Positions 52,487 to 53,107 of a DNA stretch of 53,107 bases are shown one piece after another. How positions within the stretch are numbered: the first letter of the stretch is position 1; each line of letters opens with the position of its first letter. The stretch is taken from contig DXLY01000003.1 of assembly GCA_019414465.1 (NCBI GenBank), forward strand, positions 3,137-56,243, read 5' to 3'. A program made the translations under genes and the position numbers. The DNA is from Collinsella sp. (GTDB lineage: Bacteria; Actinomycetota; Coriobacteriia; Coriobacteriales; Coriobacteriaceae). Below the pieces are notes generated by a model that was not told where the DNA came from, did no database searches, and saw only the letters and a program-made list of their open reading frames with translations.

Positions 52487-53107
52487 GCTCTCACACGTCA
52501 AGAAGACCTTTAACAAGGGCACCGTCACCGAGAAGCGTGCTCTTACCGGCGTCGACCTTACCCTCAACGATGGCGACTTTGTAACCGTAATCGGCGGCAA
52601 CGGCGCCGGCAAATCCACGCTGCTCAACATGATCGCCGGCGTATATCCGCTCGATTCGGGCGTTATCGAGCTCGACGGCACCGATATCTCGCGCCTGAGC
52701 GAGTCGCAGCGTGCCAAGTACCTGGGCCGCGTGTTCCAGGACCCCATGCGCGGCACCGCAGCCGACATGCAGATCGCCGAGAACCTGGCCCTCGCCAAGC
52801 GCCGCGGCCAGCGTCGCGGTCTTTCGTGGGGCGTCACCAAGGCCGAGAAGGACGAGTACGTTGAGCTGCTCAAGCGCCTGGACCTTGGTCTGGACACGCG
52901 TCTCAACGCCAAGGTCGGCCTGCTCTCGGGCGGCCAGCGCCAGGCACTCACCCTGCTCATGGCCACGCTCACCGAGCCGCGCCTGCTGCTGCTCGACGAG
53001 CACACCGCGGCCCTCGACCCCAAGACGGCCTCTAAGGTGCTCAATTTGACCGAGGAGATCGTCGACGAGAACCACCTGACCACGCTCATGGTCACGCACA
53101 ATATGAA
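52479..53107 (+). CDS. ABC transporter ATP-binding protein, 3' truncated by window edge
   Basis: Manual translation MLKLSHVKKTFNKGT..GGNGAGKST (Walker A), LSGGQRQ, LLLDEHTAALDP. Overlaps the permease stop. Confidence 0.9.
   Translation, partial: MLKLSHVKKTFNKGTVTEKRALTGVDLTLNDGDFVTVIGGNGAGKSTLLNMIAGVYPLDSGVIELDGTDISRLSESQRAKYLGRVFQDPMRGTAADMQIAENLALAKRRGQRRGLSWGVTKAEKDEYVELLKRLDLGLDTRLNAKVGLLSGGQRQALTLLMATLTEPRLLLLDEHTAALDPKTASKVLNLTEEIVDENHLTTLMVTHNM

Overview
High-GC gut anaerobe chromosome. The gene set and actinobacterial-type RpoC insertion point to Coriobacteriia, probably Collinsella (inference). Left to right: (1) an accessory catabolic island with an anaerobic sulfatase maturase (runs off the left edge), a Cys-type sulfatase, a mannose-family PTS (IIA-IIB-IIC-IID), a 9-bp tandem repeat, two divergent DeoR regulators and an agaS/nagA chimeric deletion scar; (2) histidine phosphatase, CDF transporter and an orphan PTS EIIC; (3) a complete Firmicutes-order FASII operon (fabH-acpP-fabK-fabD-fabG-fabF-accB-fabZ-accC-accDA fusion) with two palindromic operator-like repeats and a divergent birA; (4) rpsL-rpsG-fusA-rpsJ without tuf, an ECF sigma/anti-sigma pair, rpoB-rpoC, galU and rplJL with an L10 leader; (5) aminotransferase, hypoxanthine-DNA glycosylase, GH13 enzyme, MFS, feoA-feoB fusion, esterase, EIIA, asnS, a wHTH-WYL-like regulator and an ABC importer running off the right edge. 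The most unusual signals are: an RNA polymerase whose beta' ends in an alpha-CTD-like domain and whose fork loop 2, bridge helix and trigger loop deviate from consensus; several intergenic palindromic DNA families (a ~220-bp palindrome that carries the rplJ -35 box and is flanked by a strand-biased G-to-A codon tract, a 62-bp-period alternating inverted-repeat array, and a twice-occurring 22-bp doublet); and a PTS-coupled cytoplasmic desulfation pathway. No tRNA, rRNA, transposase or CRISPR locus was seen. Start codons were chosen by eye from RBS position, and product calls come from recalled motifs, not database searches.
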